Counted from the stretch's first letter, positions 21,206 to 33,142 are shown. The stretch: 64,000 bases of DNA from an uncultured beta proteobacterium (GCA_963704195.1 CAVPHH010000009.1:296821-360820), one strand, 5' to 3'. The notes: a model not told the origin generated them from the sequence alone. Made by a program: numbers and translations.

Positions 21206-22206
21206 TTCAGGATGTCGGGCAGTGATTTCGGCCGGCGCCAGCGTTTCCACATATCATTAGCGCCCATTGTGACATCGAAGGTGGCCTCGTCGCCGAGCGC
21301 CGTGAGGCGAATGCCGGAAATGCGGCGCGCCTGGAGTGCGGCAAGCAGCGGCGCGAACCAGCGCGCCTCCATGTCAGCCAGACCGGCGCGCCAGGCCTGC
21401 GCATCCAGACTCTGGGCAGCCTCGCCCAGACCTTCGAGCAAAGTCAGGCTCTGCGGTACGGCGTCTTCAGGTTGCGCCGGCACCGGACTGGCAGTTACGC
21501 CGGCGAGCTTCGCCAGGCCAAGCGCCAGCGCGTGGCCGGCATGGACGTGCGCAGCCGGGGCGACGGCGCCGGGCGGCAGGGCGCCGGCGCCCCACAGCCA
21601 CAGGCTGTTCGCCGTCGGGCGGCCCTCGGCCTCGCGCGTCGCGTTGACCGGATGGTTGTGCAGCAGCACCTGCGCCTCGTTGATGAAGCGCCGCCATTCG
21701 CGGGCATCGTCTCCCTGCGGCAGGAAGGGCTCGATCGTCCTGCCGGTCACGGTGGACAGGGCGTGGGTTGCAAGCTGCGCGGGGCGCTTCAGCCGAAGAT
21801 ACCAGCGCTGCGGATGGGGGGCGATGAGTTCGCCGAACGCGCCAAGCTGCGCGTTCAGTTCGGTGGCCAGCTGATCTGCCTCGGCCTGCGCGAGACCCAG
21901 TTCCGCCGCGCCGCCGACGACCAGGGTGTCGCGCGAGAAGCGCAGGTGCACCGGGTCGGCGCAGAGCCAGGCATCCTTGCGGGAATCCAGGCCTTCCCCG
22001 AGCAGGCGCAGCGCGCCGAAGGGCTTCTCACCTGCCAGCACGCCGAAGGCGTTGCCAAGCCAGTGTTCTAAAGGAAGTGCGGGCAGGCGTTCGCTGCGGC
22101 CGCGGCCGAGCAGGGTGGCCAGCGCCGGCAAGCGAAGGCCGTGCGTGATTTCGTTGATGGAATCCTTGGGCCAGAGCAGCCCGGGAACGACGATGTGAAG
22201 CTGCAT
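21202..22206 (-). CDS. Conserved protein upstream of recJ (phosphoglycerate-mutase-like)
   Basis: ADPVHL, NEAQVLLHNHPVN and NSLWLWG; conserved position before recJ. Confidence 0.7.
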   Translation of the reverse strand: MQLHIVVPGLLWPKDSINEITHGLRLPALATLLGRGRSERLPALPLEHWLGNAFGVLAGEKPFGALRLLGEGLDSRKDAWLCADPVHLRFSRDTLVVGGAAELGLAQAEADQLATELNAQLGAFGELIAPHPQRWYLRLKRPAQLATHALSTVTGRTIEPFLPQGDDAREWRRFINEAQVLLHNHPVNATREAEGRPTANSLWLWGAGALPPGAVAPAAHVHAGHALALGLAKLAGVTASPVPAQPEDAVPQSLTLLEGLGEAAQSLDAQAWRAGLADMEARWFAPLLAALQARRISGIRLTALGDEATFDVTMGANDMWKRWRRPKSLPDILK

Positions 22207-22232
22207 GCCGAAGATGTTAACATAGCGCCCCT

Positions 22233-23474
22233 ATGCAGTATGAACTCTTCATCGGCCTGCGCTACACGCGCGCCAAGCGGCGCAACCACTTCATCTCTTT
22301 CATCTCCCTTATCTCGATGTGCGGCATCGCCTTGGGCGTGGCGGCGCTGATCGTCGTGCTCTCGGTGATGAACGGCTTCCAGAAGGAGCTGCGCACGCGC
22401 ATTCTCGGCGTCGCCTCGCATGTGCAGATCTCCGGTCCGGGCGGCGAACTGGCGGCCTGGCAGCAGGCGGCCGACCAGGCGGCACAGCATCCGCAGGTGC
22501 GGGCGGCCGCGCCCTATGTCGCCGCCCAGGGCATGCTGTCCTTCGACCAGACGGTGCGCGGCGCCCTGGTGCGCGGCATCCTGCCCGACGCCGAAGAAAA
22601 GGTGGCCGACTTCAACCAGTACATGCGCGGCGGCTCGATGCAGGTGCTCAAGCCGGGCGAGTTCGGCATCGTGCTCGGCGCCGAGCTGGCGCGCGCGCTG
22701 CAGGTCTTCATCGGCGACAAGGTGACGCTGATCGCGCCGCAGGGGCTGGTGACGCCGGCGGCGATCCTGCCGCGCCTGAAGCAGTTCAAGGTGGTCGGCC
22801 TGTTCGAGGTCGGCATGTACGAATACGACTCGGGCCTGGCGCTGGTGCACCTGGCCGACGCGCAGGCGCTCTACCGCATGGAGGACCGCGTCTCCGGCGT
22901 GCGCCTGAAGCTGGACGACCTGTTCGCCGCGCCGCGCGTGGCGCGCGAGCTGCTGAGCCGCGTCGAGGGCGACGTGCGCATCACCGACTGGACGCGCAGC
23001 CACGCCAACTTCTTCCGCGCGGTGCAGATCGAGAAGAACGTGATGTTCATCATCCTGCTGCTGATCGTCGCCGTGGCCGCCTTCAATATCGTGTCCACGC
23101 TGGTGATGGCGGTGACCGACAAGGAGTCCGACATCGCCATCCTGCGCACCCTCGGGGCGAGCCCGGGCAGCATCATGCAGGTGTTCATCGTGCAGGGCGC
23201 GCTGATCGGCGTCATCGGCCTTGCGCTGGGGCTGGCCGGCGGCGTCGCGCTGGCGCTCAACATCGACGTGGTGGTGCCGGCCATCGAGCGGCTGTTCAAT
23301 ACGCAGTTCCTCGCCAAGGAGGTGTACTACATCTCCGAGCTGCCGTCCGACCTGCAATGGCGCGACGTCGGCGTCATCGCCGCCGTGTCCTTCGTGCTGA
23401 CTTTGCTGGCGACGCTGTATCCGAGCTGGCGCGCGTCCCGCGTCAATCCCGCCGAGGCCCTCCGGTATGAATAG
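22233..23474 (+). CDS. lolC: Lipoprotein-releasing ABC permease LolC/E
   Basis: [20 protein letters not shown] and PAEALRYE. Confidence 0.9.
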   Translation: MQYELFIGLRYTRAKRRNHFISFISLISMCGIALGVAALIVVLSVMNGFQKELRTRILGVASHVQISGPGGELAAWQQAADQAAQHPQVRAAAPYVAAQGMLSFDQTVRGALVRGILPDAEEKVADFNQYMRGGSMQVLKPGEFGIVLGAELARALQVFIGDKVTLIAPQGLVTPAAILPRLKQFKVVGLFEVGMYEYDSGLALVHLADAQALYRMEDRVSGVRLKLDDLFAAPRVARELLSRVEGDVRITDWTRSHANFFRAVQIEKNVMFIILLLIVAVAAFNIVSTLVMAVTDKESDIAILRTLGASPGSIMQVFIVQGALIGVIGLALGLAGGVALALNIDVVVPAIERLFNTQFLAKEVYYISELPSDLQWRDVGVIAAVSFVLTLLATLYPSWRASRVNPAEALRYE

Positions 23475-24147
23475 CGAGAGGGTCTTGTCCTGCCGCGGGC
23501 TGAAGAAGACCTACATCCAGGGCAAGGTCGAGGTGCCGGTGCTGCTCGGCGTCGATCTGGACATCGCGCGCGGCGAGCGCGTCGCCATCGTCGGCGCCTC
23601 GGGCTCGGGCAAGAGCACGTTGCTGCATCTGCTCGGCGGCCTCGACGCGCCGACGGCGGGCAGCGTCAGCCTGCTTGGCCGCGACCTGACAAAAGTGGGC
23701 GAGGCCGAGCGCGGCCGCCTGCGCAACGAATCGCTCGGCTTCATCTACCAGTTTCACCACCTGCTGCCGGAGTTCTCGGCGCTGGAGAACGTCGCCATGC
23801 CGCTGCTGATCCGGCGCCTGCCGCGCGCCGAAGCCGAGGCGCGCGCGGCAGAGATGCTGAAGGAAGTCGGCCTGGGCCACCGGCTCGAGCACACGCCCGG
23901 CGAACTCTCCGGCGGCGAGCGCCAGCGCGCCGCCGTGGCCCGCGCCCTGGTGACCCAGCCCGCCTGCGTGCTGGCCGACGAGCCGACCGGTAACCTCGAC
24001 CGCCATACCGCGGGAGCGGTCTTCGACCTCATGCTGGCGCTGAACGAATCCCATCGCACCAGCTTCATCATCGTTACCCATGACCTTCATCTTGCCGCCA
24101 AGGCGCAGCGCACGTTGCAGCTTGAGGATGGCATGTTGCGAATATAA
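23467..24147 (+). CDS. lolD: Lipoprotein-releasing ABC ATPase
   Basis: [18 protein letters not shown] and DEPTGNLD. Confidence 0.92.
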   Translation: MNSERVLSCRGLKKTYIQGKVEVPVLLGVDLDIARGERVAIVGASGSGKSTLLHLLGGLDAPTAGSVSLLGRDLTKVGEAERGRLRNESLGFIYQFHHLLPEFSALENVAMPLLIRRLPRAEAEARAAEMLKEVGLGHRLEHTPGELSGGERQRAAVARALVTQPACVLADEPTGNLDRHTAGAVFDLMLALNESHRTSFIIVTHDLHLAAKAQRTLQLEDGMLRI

Positions 24148-24254
24148 GTATTACCGCATGTAGAGAACCTGCCGGCGCCCTAAAGAAATTCCCAGGGCAT
24201 GCCGATATCTCTCCTATTCCATCCCCAGAACCCGGATTGGGTCCAGGAGCCACC

Positions 24255-26282
24255 ATGCGCATGCTTTTCGCCCCCGCCGTTTCTCTCATGCAACGGCTCA
24301 GGTATCCCGCCAAGTTTGCCCTTATCGGACTGGCCGCCTTCGTCACCGTTGCCTATCTGGTCACGATGCTTTCCATCAGCCTCGGCAAGGCCATCGGGCA
24401 AAGCCGGGTCGAGCTGGAAGGCGTCGAGACCATCAGGCCGGTGCTGCGCCTTGTTCAGCTTGTGCAGCAGCATCGGGACATGGCCAGCGGCGTACTGGCT
24501 GGCAATGCAGGCATGCGCGACAACGTGAACAAGAAAACTGCCGAGGTCGAGGAGGCGATCCGCCAGACGGATTCGATACTTGCCGGAAAGAAGGTGGTAG
24601 CCCGCCAGCAGGAGGCCTGGAAGATCCTGAAAATCGAATGGGAGACGCTGGCGGCGGAGTGGCCCGACATGACCAGGCCATCGAGCTTCACTGCCCACCG
24701 CTCCGTGATCCAGACCGCCATGCAGATCATTTCCGGCATCGGCGAGGACAGCAGCCTGATCATGGATCCGGACCTGGATTCCTACTATCTCGCCAATACG
24801 GCCTTGTTCGTCATGCCCGATACGCTGGAGCGGCTTTCCATCATTCGAGGCGCGGGCCATGCCATGCTGACGGGGAAAAACATAACCGACTATGAGAAGC
24901 ACGAGTTCTCGACCTGGCTCGGTGTGCTCAACAAGATGAACGAGGACCTGAACACCTCATTGAACCGCGCCGAGAAAGCCAACCCGGAGATGAAGAAAGT
25001 TCTGGCGCAGATCGGCGGACGCTACCTTGGCGAAGCTGCGGATATCGCCATGATCGTGCAGGGTGAAATGCTGACCGGCCGACTGAGCACGCCGGCCGGC
25101 GACTTCTACGGCAAGGCAAGCGGCGTGATCGATGCGGCCTTCGATGAACTCGACCGTACGCTGCTGCCGACCCTCAGCCAGCTGATCGAGGCGCGTATTG
25201 CGAAACTCAATGCACAGCTGTATCTCAGCCTGGGGTTGGCCGTGCTGATCGTGCTTCTGGTTGCCTACCTGAGCGCGGGCATGTATCTGTCCATCGTCGG
25301 CAGCGTGGCGCGCCTGGCACAGGGTGCGAAGAAGATAGCCGAAGGGGACCTCACGGCGCGCGTCTCGCTAGAGACGCAGGATGAAATGGCGCACGTCGGC
25401 CAAAGCTTCAATTCAATGGCGGAGGCGCTCAACGGCCTGATCGGCAAGGTCCAGGCCAGCGCGGCCGATGTTTCGGCCGCGGCGACGTCGGTCGCCGCCT
25501 CGTCGGAGCAGATCCACGGCGGCTCGCAAAGGCAGAGCGAGGCTGCCTCTTCCATGGCGGCCTCGGTCGAACAGACTACCGTGGGCATCGATCAGATTGC
25601 GGAGCATGCGCGCAATGCCCAGGCAATATCGGCCGAGTCCGGCAAACTGTCCGAAGCGGGCAGCGAGGTGGTCGGCAGGAGCGTCAGCGAGATGAAGCGG
25701 ATCGCCGAATCCGTCGAAGCGTCGGCGCAATTGATCGAAGAGTTGGGCAGACAGTCGGACCAGATATCGGCGATCGTGAACGTCATCAAGGAAATCGCCG
25801 ACCAGACCAATCTGCTGGCGCTGAACGCGGCCATCGAGGCAGCGCGCGCTGGTGAGTCCGGCAGTGGTTTTGCCGTGGTGGCCGATGAAGTGCGCAAGCT
25901 CGCGGAGCGCACGGCCCGGTCCACCCAGGATATTGCCACGATGATCGCTGCGATCCAGAACGGTACGGGGAAAGCGGTGGAAAGCATGCATGCCGGCGTG
26001 CAACGGGTGGCCGGCGGCGTGGAACTGGCGATGCGCGCAGGCGAAGCGATGGAGAAGATACATTCCGGCGCCCTGCGCGTGGTGCATTCAGTCAGCGACA
26101 TCTCGCTGGCATTGAAGGAACAAAGCTCAGCCAGCGCGGAAATCGCGGTGAACGTCGAGAAGATTGCGCAGATGGCCGAGGAAAACAACGCTGCCGTGGC
26201 GGGCACGACGAGCACGGCGCGCGAACTCGAGCGGCTCGCCGAAGGGCTGCAATTGGAAATCCGCCGCTACAAAGTGTGCTGA
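24255..26282 (+). CDS. Methyl-accepting chemotaxis protein (NIT-like periplasmic sensor)
   Basis: Two TM segments, HAMP domain, [21 protein letters not shown] and DPDLDSYYL sensor motif. Confidence 0.9.
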   Translation: MRMLFAPAVSLMQRLRYPAKFALIGLAAFVTVAYLVTMLSISLGKAIGQSRVELEGVETIRPVLRLVQLVQQHRDMASGVLAGNAGMRDNVNKKTAEVEEAIRQTDSILAGKKVVARQQEAWKILKIEWETLAAEWPDMTRPSSFTAHRSVIQTAMQIISGIGEDSSLIMDPDLDSYYLANTALFVMPDTLERLSIIRGAGHAMLTGKNITDYEKHEFSTWLGVLNKMNEDLNTSLNRAEKANPEMKKVLAQIGGRYLGEAADIAMIVQGEMLTGRLSTPAGDFYGKASGVIDAAFDELDRTLLPTLSQLIEARIAKLNAQLYLSLGLAVLIVLLVAYLSAGMYLSIVGSVARLAQGAKKIAEGDLTARVSLETQDEMAHVGQSFNSMAEALNGLIGKVQASAADVSAAATSVAASSEQIHGGSQRQSEAASSMAASVEQTTVGIDQIAEHARNAQAISAESGKLSEAGSEVVGRSVSEMKRIAESVEASAQLIEELGRQSDQISAIVNVIKEIADQTNLLALNAAIEAARAGESGSGFAVVADEVRKLAERTARSTQDIATMIAAIQNGTGKAVESMHAGVQRVAGGVELAMRAGEAMEKIHSGALRVVHSVSDISLALKEQSSASAEIAVNVEKIAQMAEENNAAVAGTTSTARELERLAEGLQLEIRRYKVC

Positions 26283-26291
26283 GCGCGCGAT

Positions 26292-26834
26292 TCAGCCACG
26301 GTTAGCTGCCTTGCGCCGGCGCCACGCCCGGACCAGGTAGAAGCGCCAGCCCAGGCGCACGGCAACGTAGCCGAGTACGGCGAGAATATTCGCCAGCAGC
26401 ACGACGCCGACTGCAAGCGGCGCCCCCAGCCCCAGCATCCATTCCCCCATCGCCCGCGTCCATTCGAAAAGATTGAGGGCGCTGTACTCGGGCGGCGCGA
26501 TGAACTTGCCGCCCGCGCCGCCCAGGGCGAAGCGACCCAGTCGGTAGGCGACGAGGTAGAGCGGCACGATGGTGAACGGATTCGTGTAGAACGTGGTGAA
26601 CAGGGCCAGCGGCAGATTTGCGCGGAAGGCCACTGCGAAGATGGCCGCTCCCAGCATCTGGAAGGGTCCGGGAATCAGGCCGCAGTAGAGCCCGATGGCA
26701 AAGCCGCCCGCCGCCGAGCGCCGGTTCAGGTGCCACAGGCGCGGGTGCAGCAGCGTATTCTCGAAGGGGCGCAGCCAGCGGCTGCCGCGGACGGCTTCGT
26801 GATCGGGCAGGTATTTGCGGATGAGCTTGCGCAT
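26292..26834 (-). CDS. DUF2062 family membrane protein
   Basis: LWHLNRRS, RANLPLA and TNPFT; divergent from comEC. Confidence 0.8.
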   Translation of the reverse strand: MRKLIRKYLPDHEAVRGSRWLRPFENTLLHPRLWHLNRRSAAGGFAIGLYCGLIPGPFQMLGAAIFAVAFRANLPLALFTTFYTNPFTIVPLYLVAYRLGRFALGGAGGKFIAPPEYSALNLFEWTRAMGEWMLGLGAPLAVGVVLLANILAVLGYVAVRLGWRFYLVRAWRRRKAANRG

Positions 26835-26909
26835 GGCGTTCGGGCACAATTGTAGCGAATCGGCGGCCCGAATCTCTCCGGCTGCTTGTTCGACCGTACA
26901 ATTCATTCC

Positions 26910-29262
26910 ATGCGCATGTCGATTGTCGGGTTTGCCTTGGGCGTATGGTGGCTTCAGCGCCAGGGCATGTTGCCGGAATGGCCGGCGCTCGGTGGCCTGT
27001 CCGCAATAATTCTGGCCTGTGCCGCCCTGGCATGGCTTGCGCGCCGACGCTGGAACGCGTTGTCGCGGGTGGCATGCCTGCTGGGGGCCTTGCTGGCCGG
27101 TTTTTCCTGGGCTGCGGCGATGGGGCAACTCCGCCTCGCCGACTATCTGCCGTCAAAGAACGAGGGTCGCGACATCCGCCTGACCGGCATCGTTGCCGGA
27201 CTGCCGCAGGCCTACGAGAACGGCGTGCGCTTCGAGTTCGAGGTGGAACACACGGAGGCGGCAGTCCCTGAACGGCTTTCGCTGGCCTGGTACCGCGGCT
27301 GGAGAGCCGAGGAGGGCGACGAGTGGCATGCGGCGCCCGAACTACATGCGGGTGAGCGCTGGCAACTCACCGTGCGCCTCAAGCGCCCGCATGGCAATCT
27401 CAATCCGCATGGCTTCGACTACGAGGCCTGGCTATTCGAACGCGGCGTGCGCGCCACCGGCTACGTGCGCGTTGCCGAGGATAACCGGCGCCTGGATGCC
27501 TTTGTGCCGCGCGCGGGACTGGCCGTCGAGCGCCTGCGCGAACGCATTCGCGAGCGTTTCTTCCGATCCCTGCCCGAACACGACTACGCCGGCGTGCTGG
27601 TGGCACTGGCCGTGGGGGACCAGCGTGCCATCGACAGCGGCCTGTGGCAGGTGTTCGCGCGAACGGGGATTTCGCATCTCATGTCGCATCTCCGGGCTGC
27701 ACGTCACCATGGTCGCCGGACTCGGCGCCTGGCTGATGTCCTTTTTCTGGCGGCGCAGGCCGGCGCTCATGCTGCGGCTGCCCGCGCAGAAGGCGGCGGC
27801 CGCGGCCGGCTGGGCGACGGCCCTGGCCTACTGCCTGCTGGCGGGTTTCGGCGTGCCGGCCCAGCGTACCCTGTACATGCTGTCGGTGGTGGCGCTCGCC
27901 CTGTGGCTGGGCAGGGCGACTTCGGGCAGCCGGGTGCTGGCGCTGGCCCTGCTGCTGGTGCTGCTGATCGATCCCTGGGCGGTGCTCTCGGCCGGCTTCT
28001 GGCTGTCCTTCGGTGCGGTGGCGCTGCTGTTCTACATCGCGGCGGGACGCGTGGCACCGCGTCATTGGCTGGCGGAGTGGGGGCGGGCGCAATGGGCGGT
28101 GACGATCGGCCTGATTCCGGCGCTGCTGGCGCTGTTCCAGCAGTTCTCCCTCGTTTCGCCGCTGGCCAATGCCGTTGCGATCCCGCTGGTGGGCCTGGTC
28201 ATTACGCCGCTGACGCTGCTGGCGGCCGTGCTTCCCTTCGATCTGCTGCTGGTGCTGGCGCATCAGCTGCTCGCCTGGCTGATGGCTTTCATCGAATGGC
28301 TGGCCGACCTGCCGCTGGCGGTGTGGCAGCAGCCCGCGCCGCCGCCCTGGGCTGTGTTGCTGGCGCTGCTGGGCTGCGCCTGGCTGTTGTTGCCGCGCGG
28401 ATTTCCCTCGCGTGCCATTGGCGCATTCCTGTTCCTGCCGCTGGTGCTGCTGCCGCCGCAACGGCCGGCGTCGGGCGAACTGCGCTTGACGGTGCTCGAT
28501 GTCGGCCAGGGCCTGGCGGTGCACGCACAGACGGCCGGCCACGACCTGCTCTACGACACCGGCCCGCAGTTCTCGCCGGACGCCAACAGCGGCAATCGCA
28601 TCCTGCTGCCCTACCTGCGCGCGATGGGCGTGCAGCGCCTCGACGGCTTGATCCTGACGCACGAGGACAAGGATCACGCGGGCGGCGCACTCTCGCTGAT
28701 CGACGGCCTGCCGGTGGATTGGACGGCCAGCTCGCTGCCCGAGGATCATCCCTTCCGCGAGGCGTCCGGGCATCGTCCCTGTTTCGACGGTCAGGCCTGG
28801 GAGTGGGACGGCGTACGCTTCGAGATGCTGCACCCGGCGCCGGCCGATTTCGGCAAGGCGAAGCGCAAAAGCAACGACATGAGTTGCGTGCTCAAGGTGA
28901 CGACGGCACAAGGCAGCGCGCTGCTCAGCGGCGACATCGAGGCCGCTGCCGAGTCGGCCCTGGTGAAGCGGCATGGCGAGCGGCTGCGCGCGGATATTCT
29001 GCTGGCACCGCATCACGGCAGCAGGACCTCCTCGACACCCGCCTTCCTCTCGGCGGTGGGGGCGGGCACGGTGATACTCCCCGTCGGTTATCGCAACCGC
29101 TTCCGCCACCCGAACGCCGACGTTCTGGGCCGTTACGAAGCGATGGGCGCCACAGTGCTGCGCACCGACCGCGATGGCGCCATCACGATGAACCTCGGCG
29201 GCGTACCGCAGCGGCTGACTTTCGAGCGCGAAGCGCGCCGCCGCTACTGGCACGGACAATGA
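26910..29262 (+). CDS. comEC: DNA internalization competence protein ComEC/Rec2; apparent +1 error near 27686
   Basis: NPHGFDYE and TGISHLM/ISGLH split across frames; DVGQG, THEDKDH and PHHGS. Confidence 0.85.
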
Positions 29263-29282
29263 GATCGGGCGACAATACCGCC

Positions 29283-29780
29283 ATGCTCAAAAAACTCATC
29301 CTTGTTGCCGCGCTGGCGGCGGCCTTGCCTGCAGTGGCGGAAACGCTGCCGCCGGTGGAAGTGTTCGTGCCCAAGCCCTGCCTGTCCTGCATCGAATGGG
29401 CCGAGCATCTGCGGCAGAACGGCTTCAAGGTGAAAGTGACGGAGCGCGACGACATGAGCGCCGTGCGGCGCCGCTTCAAGGTGCCGGCCGAGGTCGAGTC
29501 GCGCATGACCGCGCTGGTCGCGGGGTATTTCATCGAGGGCCACGTGCCGGCCGCGGACATCAAGCTCCTGCTCAAGGAAAAGCCGAAGGCGCGCGGCCTC
29601 GCCGTGCCGGGACTGCCGATGGGCGCGCCGGGCTATGAGGCGACCGGCGCGGACGGCAGTTGCGAGAGCGGTTGCACCATCTTCGATCCCACCAGCGGCG
29701 AGCGCATTCCGCGGCGGGAGTTCTTCAACACCCTGCTGGTGGGGCCGAAGGGCGATACCAGCGTGTGGGCGCGGCACTGA
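29283..29780 (+). CDS. DUF411 family metal-binding protein
   Basis: Signal peptide, CLSC, YFIEGHVPA and GLAVPGLPMGAPG. Confidence 0.75.
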   Translation: MLKKLILVAALAAALPAVAETLPPVEVFVPKPCLSCIEWAEHLRQNGFKVKVTERDDMSAVRRRFKVPAEVESRMTALVAGYFIEGHVPAADIKLLLKEKPKARGLAVPGLPMGAPGYEATGADGSCESGCTIFDPTSGERIPRREFFNTLLVGPKGDTSVWARH

Positions 29781-29788
29781 GCGGTTTC

Positions 29789-29869
29789 GCAGGTTGGGCT
29801 TCAGCCTGAGGGCCGCGGTTAGACGCCGAGGAGGAACAGTCGCAGCAGTCGGGCTGAAGCCCGACCTAC
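29789..29869. repeat. REP doublet, family A (left unit degenerate)
   Basis: GCAGGTTGGGCTTCAGCCTGAG ... GTCGGGCTGAAGCCCGACCTAC. Confidence 0.75.
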
Positions 29870-29878
29870 GACGCCCGC

Positions 29879-31171
29879 TCAAGGCCTGTATGCAAGCATC
29901 TCGCCGAACATCGTCTTCGCCCACTGCATGTCCTCGCCGCGCGGGTTGGGGTCGTGGTGCTGCTTCGTGCTCTGCACGATGAGGCCGTCGCCGCGCAGGC
30001 GGTAGTGCGTGTCGATGCGCGTCAATTCTGCCGGCTCGAGCTTGCTGTAGATGAAGCAGCTGCTCTCTGGAAGCAGCGTCTCCGGCGCCTTGTTCCTGGA
30101 GCGCGCGGCGATTTCGTGCGCGGCAATGGCGCCGAGGCGGCTCGCCAGATGGCCGCTCTTCGGATAATGGCCGAACAGCAGTGAAGCGCGGTCGATCAGG
30201 TCGCCGACGAGGAACACGCGCTCGTCGCCTTGCGCGTGCAGATGCAGGGGGTCCTGTGCCGCCCAGCCGCTCGGCTTGCCCTCGGCGTCGCGGCCGATCA
30301 GCCCGGCCTGCCAGGCGAGGTCGCCGGCCTGCTGCGGCGGCATGAGGATGGCGTCGTCGAAACGCAGATCATCGAATTCGGTGGAAATGGTTCTTCCGAA
30401 GGGGTCGAGCGCCTTGATCTTCGCGTGCGAGTAATGCGCGATCTGGTCCTTGTAGTCGTCCTCGAAGGCTTCGGCAAAGCGTTGCGGCAGGGTACCGGGG
30501 TCGAGCACATGCAGGCGTGCGCGCAGGCCGCGGCGCTTGATCATGCGGCCGATCACCAGGGCGCGCTCGTAGGGCGCCGGCTGGCAGCGGTAGGGCGGCG
30601 GCGGCAGGGTCATGACCAGGTCGCCGCCCTGGAAGGCGTCCAGCTTTGCCTTCAGTGCCGCCAACTCCCCGCCCGGGGTCCATGCGCAGAAAAAGCGCTC
30701 GCGCACCTGGGCGATGGCGCGGGCGTCGTCGCCCAGCCAGGCGGCGTAGTCGTGGCGAATGCCCGCCGCCAGCACCAGCCAGTCGTAATCCACCGCGCCG
30801 TTCGCGGTGTGGATGCGGCGGCGCTCGCGGTCGATGGCTGACACCTCCGCCCGGATGAAGGCGTAGCCGAAGGCCTTCGCGGCGGCGGCGAAATCGTGCG
30901 TGAGCAACGCGCCGTCGATGCGCCCGTCAAGCCACTGGTTGGAAAGCGGCAGGGAGAAGAAGGCGGCGTTCTTCTCGATCAGCACGACCTCCAGTTCCGG
31001 CGCCAGATCGCGCAGGTGGCGCGCCGCCGACAGCCCGCCCCAGCCGCCGCCGATGACGACGACGCGGCGGCCTTTTGCCGCGGGCAGCAGGGCAGGCGAT
31101 TGCTGCGCGAACAGCGGGGCGGCGCAGGCGGCAAGCGAGGCGACAAGAAATCCACGACGGTTGATGCTCAT
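29879..31171 (-). CDS. Flavocytochrome c sulfide dehydrogenase flavoprotein-like (FccB/SoxF family), Tat-exported
   Basis: NRRGFL Tat motif, GGGWGG, PYRCQPAPYERA and PKSG. Confidence 0.75.
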   Translation of the reverse strand: MSINRRGFLVASLAACAAPLFAQQSPALLPAAKGRRVVVIGGGWGGLSAARHLRDLAPELEVVLIEKNAAFFSLPLSNQWLDGRIDGALLTHDFAAAAKAFGYAFIRAEVSAIDRERRRIHTANGAVDYDWLVLAAGIRHDYAAWLGDDARAIAQVRERFFCAWTPGGELAALKAKLDAFQGGDLVMTLPPPPYRCQPAPYERALVIGRMIKRRGLRARLHVLDPGTLPQRFAEAFEDDYKDQIAHYSHAKIKALDPFGRTISTEFDDLRFDDAILMPPQQAGDLAWQAGLIGRDAEGKPSGWAAQDPLHLHAQGDERVFLVGDLIDRASLLFGHYPKSGHLASRLGAIAAHEIAARSRNKAPETLLPESSCFIYSKLEPAELTRIDTHYRLRGDGLIVQSTKQHHDPNPRGEDMQWAKTMFGEMLAYRP

Positions 31172-31192
31172 GCCGCAGAGTTTAGCCGAGAA

Positions 31193-31235
31193 TCTCCCCT
31201 CTCCCGCTAGCGGGAGAGGGGCCGGGGGAGAGGGC
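31193..31235. repeat. CCCCTCTCCC/GGGAGAGGG palindromic element, family D
   Basis: CCCCTCTCCCGCTAGCGGGAGAGGGGCCGGGGGAGAGGG. Confidence 0.8.
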
Positions 31236-31277
31236 AGGCGGCTCTGCTAAACTTCCCGGCAAAGGAGATGTACTCAC

Positions 31278-32135
31278 ATGAGCGAAATGCGTCATCACAC
31301 CGTGCAATGCCTCAGTCCCGGCGGCCTGCATCGCATGGCCTATGTCGAATGGGGCGACCCGAAGAACGCCCGCGTGCTGGTCTGCGTGCATGGCCTCACG
31401 CGCAACGCGCGCGACTTCGACTTCCTCGCGAAGGCGCTGTCCAAGCACTACCGTGTCGTCTGCCCGGACGTGGTCGGGCGCGGCCGCAGCAACTGGCTGC
31501 GGGTGAAGGACCATTACCAGTTGCCGCAGTATGCATCGGACATGGTGACGCTGATCGCGCGCCTGAACGTGGATGAAGTGCACTGGGTCGGCACCTCGAT
31601 GGGCGGCCTGATCGGCATGGCGCTCGCCGCGCAGGCCGAAACGCCGATCAGCCGGCTGGTGCTCAACGATGTCGGACCGGTGATCTCCGCGGTAGCAGTG
31701 AAGCGCATCGGCGAGTACGTCGGCCAGATGCCGGAATTCGCCAGCTTCAAGGACGCCGAGCAGTACATCCGCCTCGTCAGCGCGCCCTTCGGCAAGCTCA
31801 CCGACGCGCAGTGGAAGCACCTCACCGAGCATGTCACCCGGCAGAAGGCCGACGGCGGTTTCGAACTGGTCTACGATCCCGACATCGCCGTGCCCTTCCG
31901 CAAGGAAATGAGCGACGAGGACGTCAGCCTGTGGCCGCTCTACGACGCCATCCGCTGCCCGACACAGGTGGTGCGCGGCGCCGAATCCGACCTGCTCTCG
32001 CACGAGACCTGCATGGAAATGGGGCAACGCGGCCCGAAGGCCCTGATCGCCGAGATACCCGGCGTCGGCCACGCGCCGATGTTCCTCGACGAGGCGCAGG
32101 TAGCGGTGGTTAGAGAATTCCTGCTCACGCCGTGA
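31278..32135 (+). CDS. Alpha/beta hydrolase
   Basis: HGLTRN, GTSMGG nucleophile elbow and GHAP. Confidence 0.9.
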   Translation: MSEMRHHTVQCLSPGGLHRMAYVEWGDPKNARVLVCVHGLTRNARDFDFLAKALSKHYRVVCPDVVGRGRSNWLRVKDHYQLPQYASDMVTLIARLNVDEVHWVGTSMGGLIGMALAAQAETPISRLVLNDVGPVISAVAVKRIGEYVGQMPEFASFKDAEQYIRLVSAPFGKLTDAQWKHLTEHVTRQKADGGFELVYDPDIAVPFRKEMSDEDVSLWPLYDAIRCPTQVVRGAESDLLSHETCMEMGQRGPKALIAEIPGVGHAPMFLDEAQVAVVREFLLTP

Positions 32136-33142
32136 AAGCCGCCTTCATCCGCCGCTACGGCGGCAACAATGTCGTTGAGCTGGGCGAACAGCCCATGCCG
32201 CAGGTGGGGCCGGGCGAGCTGCTGGTGGAGGTGCATGCCGCCAGCGTGAACCCGGTGGACTTCAAGATCCGCGACGGCATGCTGAAGATGATGGTGCCTT
32301 TCCGCTTCCCGCTCATCCTCGGCAACGACTTTTCCGGCGTGGTGAAGGCGGTCGGCGCCGGCGTGACGCGCTTCAGGCCGGGCGATGCGGTGTTCGCGCG
32401 CATGGACAAGCAGCGCATCGGCGCCTTTGCCGAGTTCGCCTTGGTGGCCGAGGCGGATGCCGCCGCGAAACCGGCGAACCTCAGCCATATCGAAGCCGCC
32501 GCGGTACCGCTGGCGGGCCTCACGGCCTGGCAGGCGCTGTTCGAACTCGGCGGCCTGCAAGCCGGGCAGAAGGTGCTGATCCACGGCGGCTCGGGCGGCG
32601 TGGGCAGCTTCGCCATCCAGTTCGCCCGCCATGCCGGGGCGACTGTGGCCACCACCGTCGGCGCGCGCAACGCGGATCTGGTTCGCAGCCTCGGCGCCGA
32701 CATCGTCGTCGATTACAAATCGCAGCGCTTCGAGGACTTCGTCAGCGACTATGACCTGGTCTTCGATACCCAGGCCGGCGACATCCAGCACCGTTCCTTC
32801 GCCGTGCTCAAGCGCGGCGGCGTGCTGGTGAGCATCGCCGGCAAGCCGGACGGCCGCCTGGCGCGGCAGTGGGGGCTGAACCCCCTCCTGGCCATGCTGC
32901 TCGACTTCTTCAGCCGCAAGACCCTGCGCCTGGCCAAGCAGCACGGCGTGCGCTACGAATACCTCTTCATGCACCCGAGCGGCGAGCAACTGGCGCAGAT
33001 CGGCCGCCTGCTCGAGGCTGGATCAGCCAGGACGATCATCGACAAGGTGTTCTCGCTGGCGCAGGTGCGCGAGGCGCTGGCCTACAGCGAAGCCGGACAT
33101 GCCACCGGCAAGGTGGTGGTTGAGGTGAAGGCGGGCGGGTAA
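32132..33142 (+). CDS. NADP-dependent oxidoreductase (MDR, quinone-reductase-like)
   Basis: AASVNPVD, HGGSGGVG and GKVVV. Confidence 0.88.
   Translation: MKAAFIRRYGGNNVVELGEQPMPQVGPGELLVEVHAASVNPVDFKIRDGMLKMMVPFRFPLILGNDFSGVVKAVGAGVTRFRPGDAVFARMDKQRIGAFAEFALVAEADAAAKPANLSHIEAAAVPLAGLTAWQALFELGGLQAGQKVLIHGGSGGVGSFAIQFARHAGATVATTVGARNADLVRSLGADIVVDYKSQRFEDFVSDYDLVFDTQAGDIQHRSFAVLKRGGVLVSIAGKPDGRLARQWGLNPLLAMLLDFFSRKTLRLAKQHGVRYEYLFMHPSGEQLAQIGRLLEAGSARTIIDKVFSLAQVREALAYSEAGHATGKVVVEVKAGG

Noticed and set aside
24255-26282. MCP inserted between lolD and DUF2062/comEC
   Set aside because: A solitary chemoreceptor with no mobility signatures; a common kind of gene insertion.
26886-29780. 964-aa ORF appearing to fuse the ComEC N-terminus to DUF411
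   Set aside because: An artefact of the +1 break near 27686. The middle is off-frame, low-complexity translation, and DUF411 has its own ATG and signal peptide at 29283.
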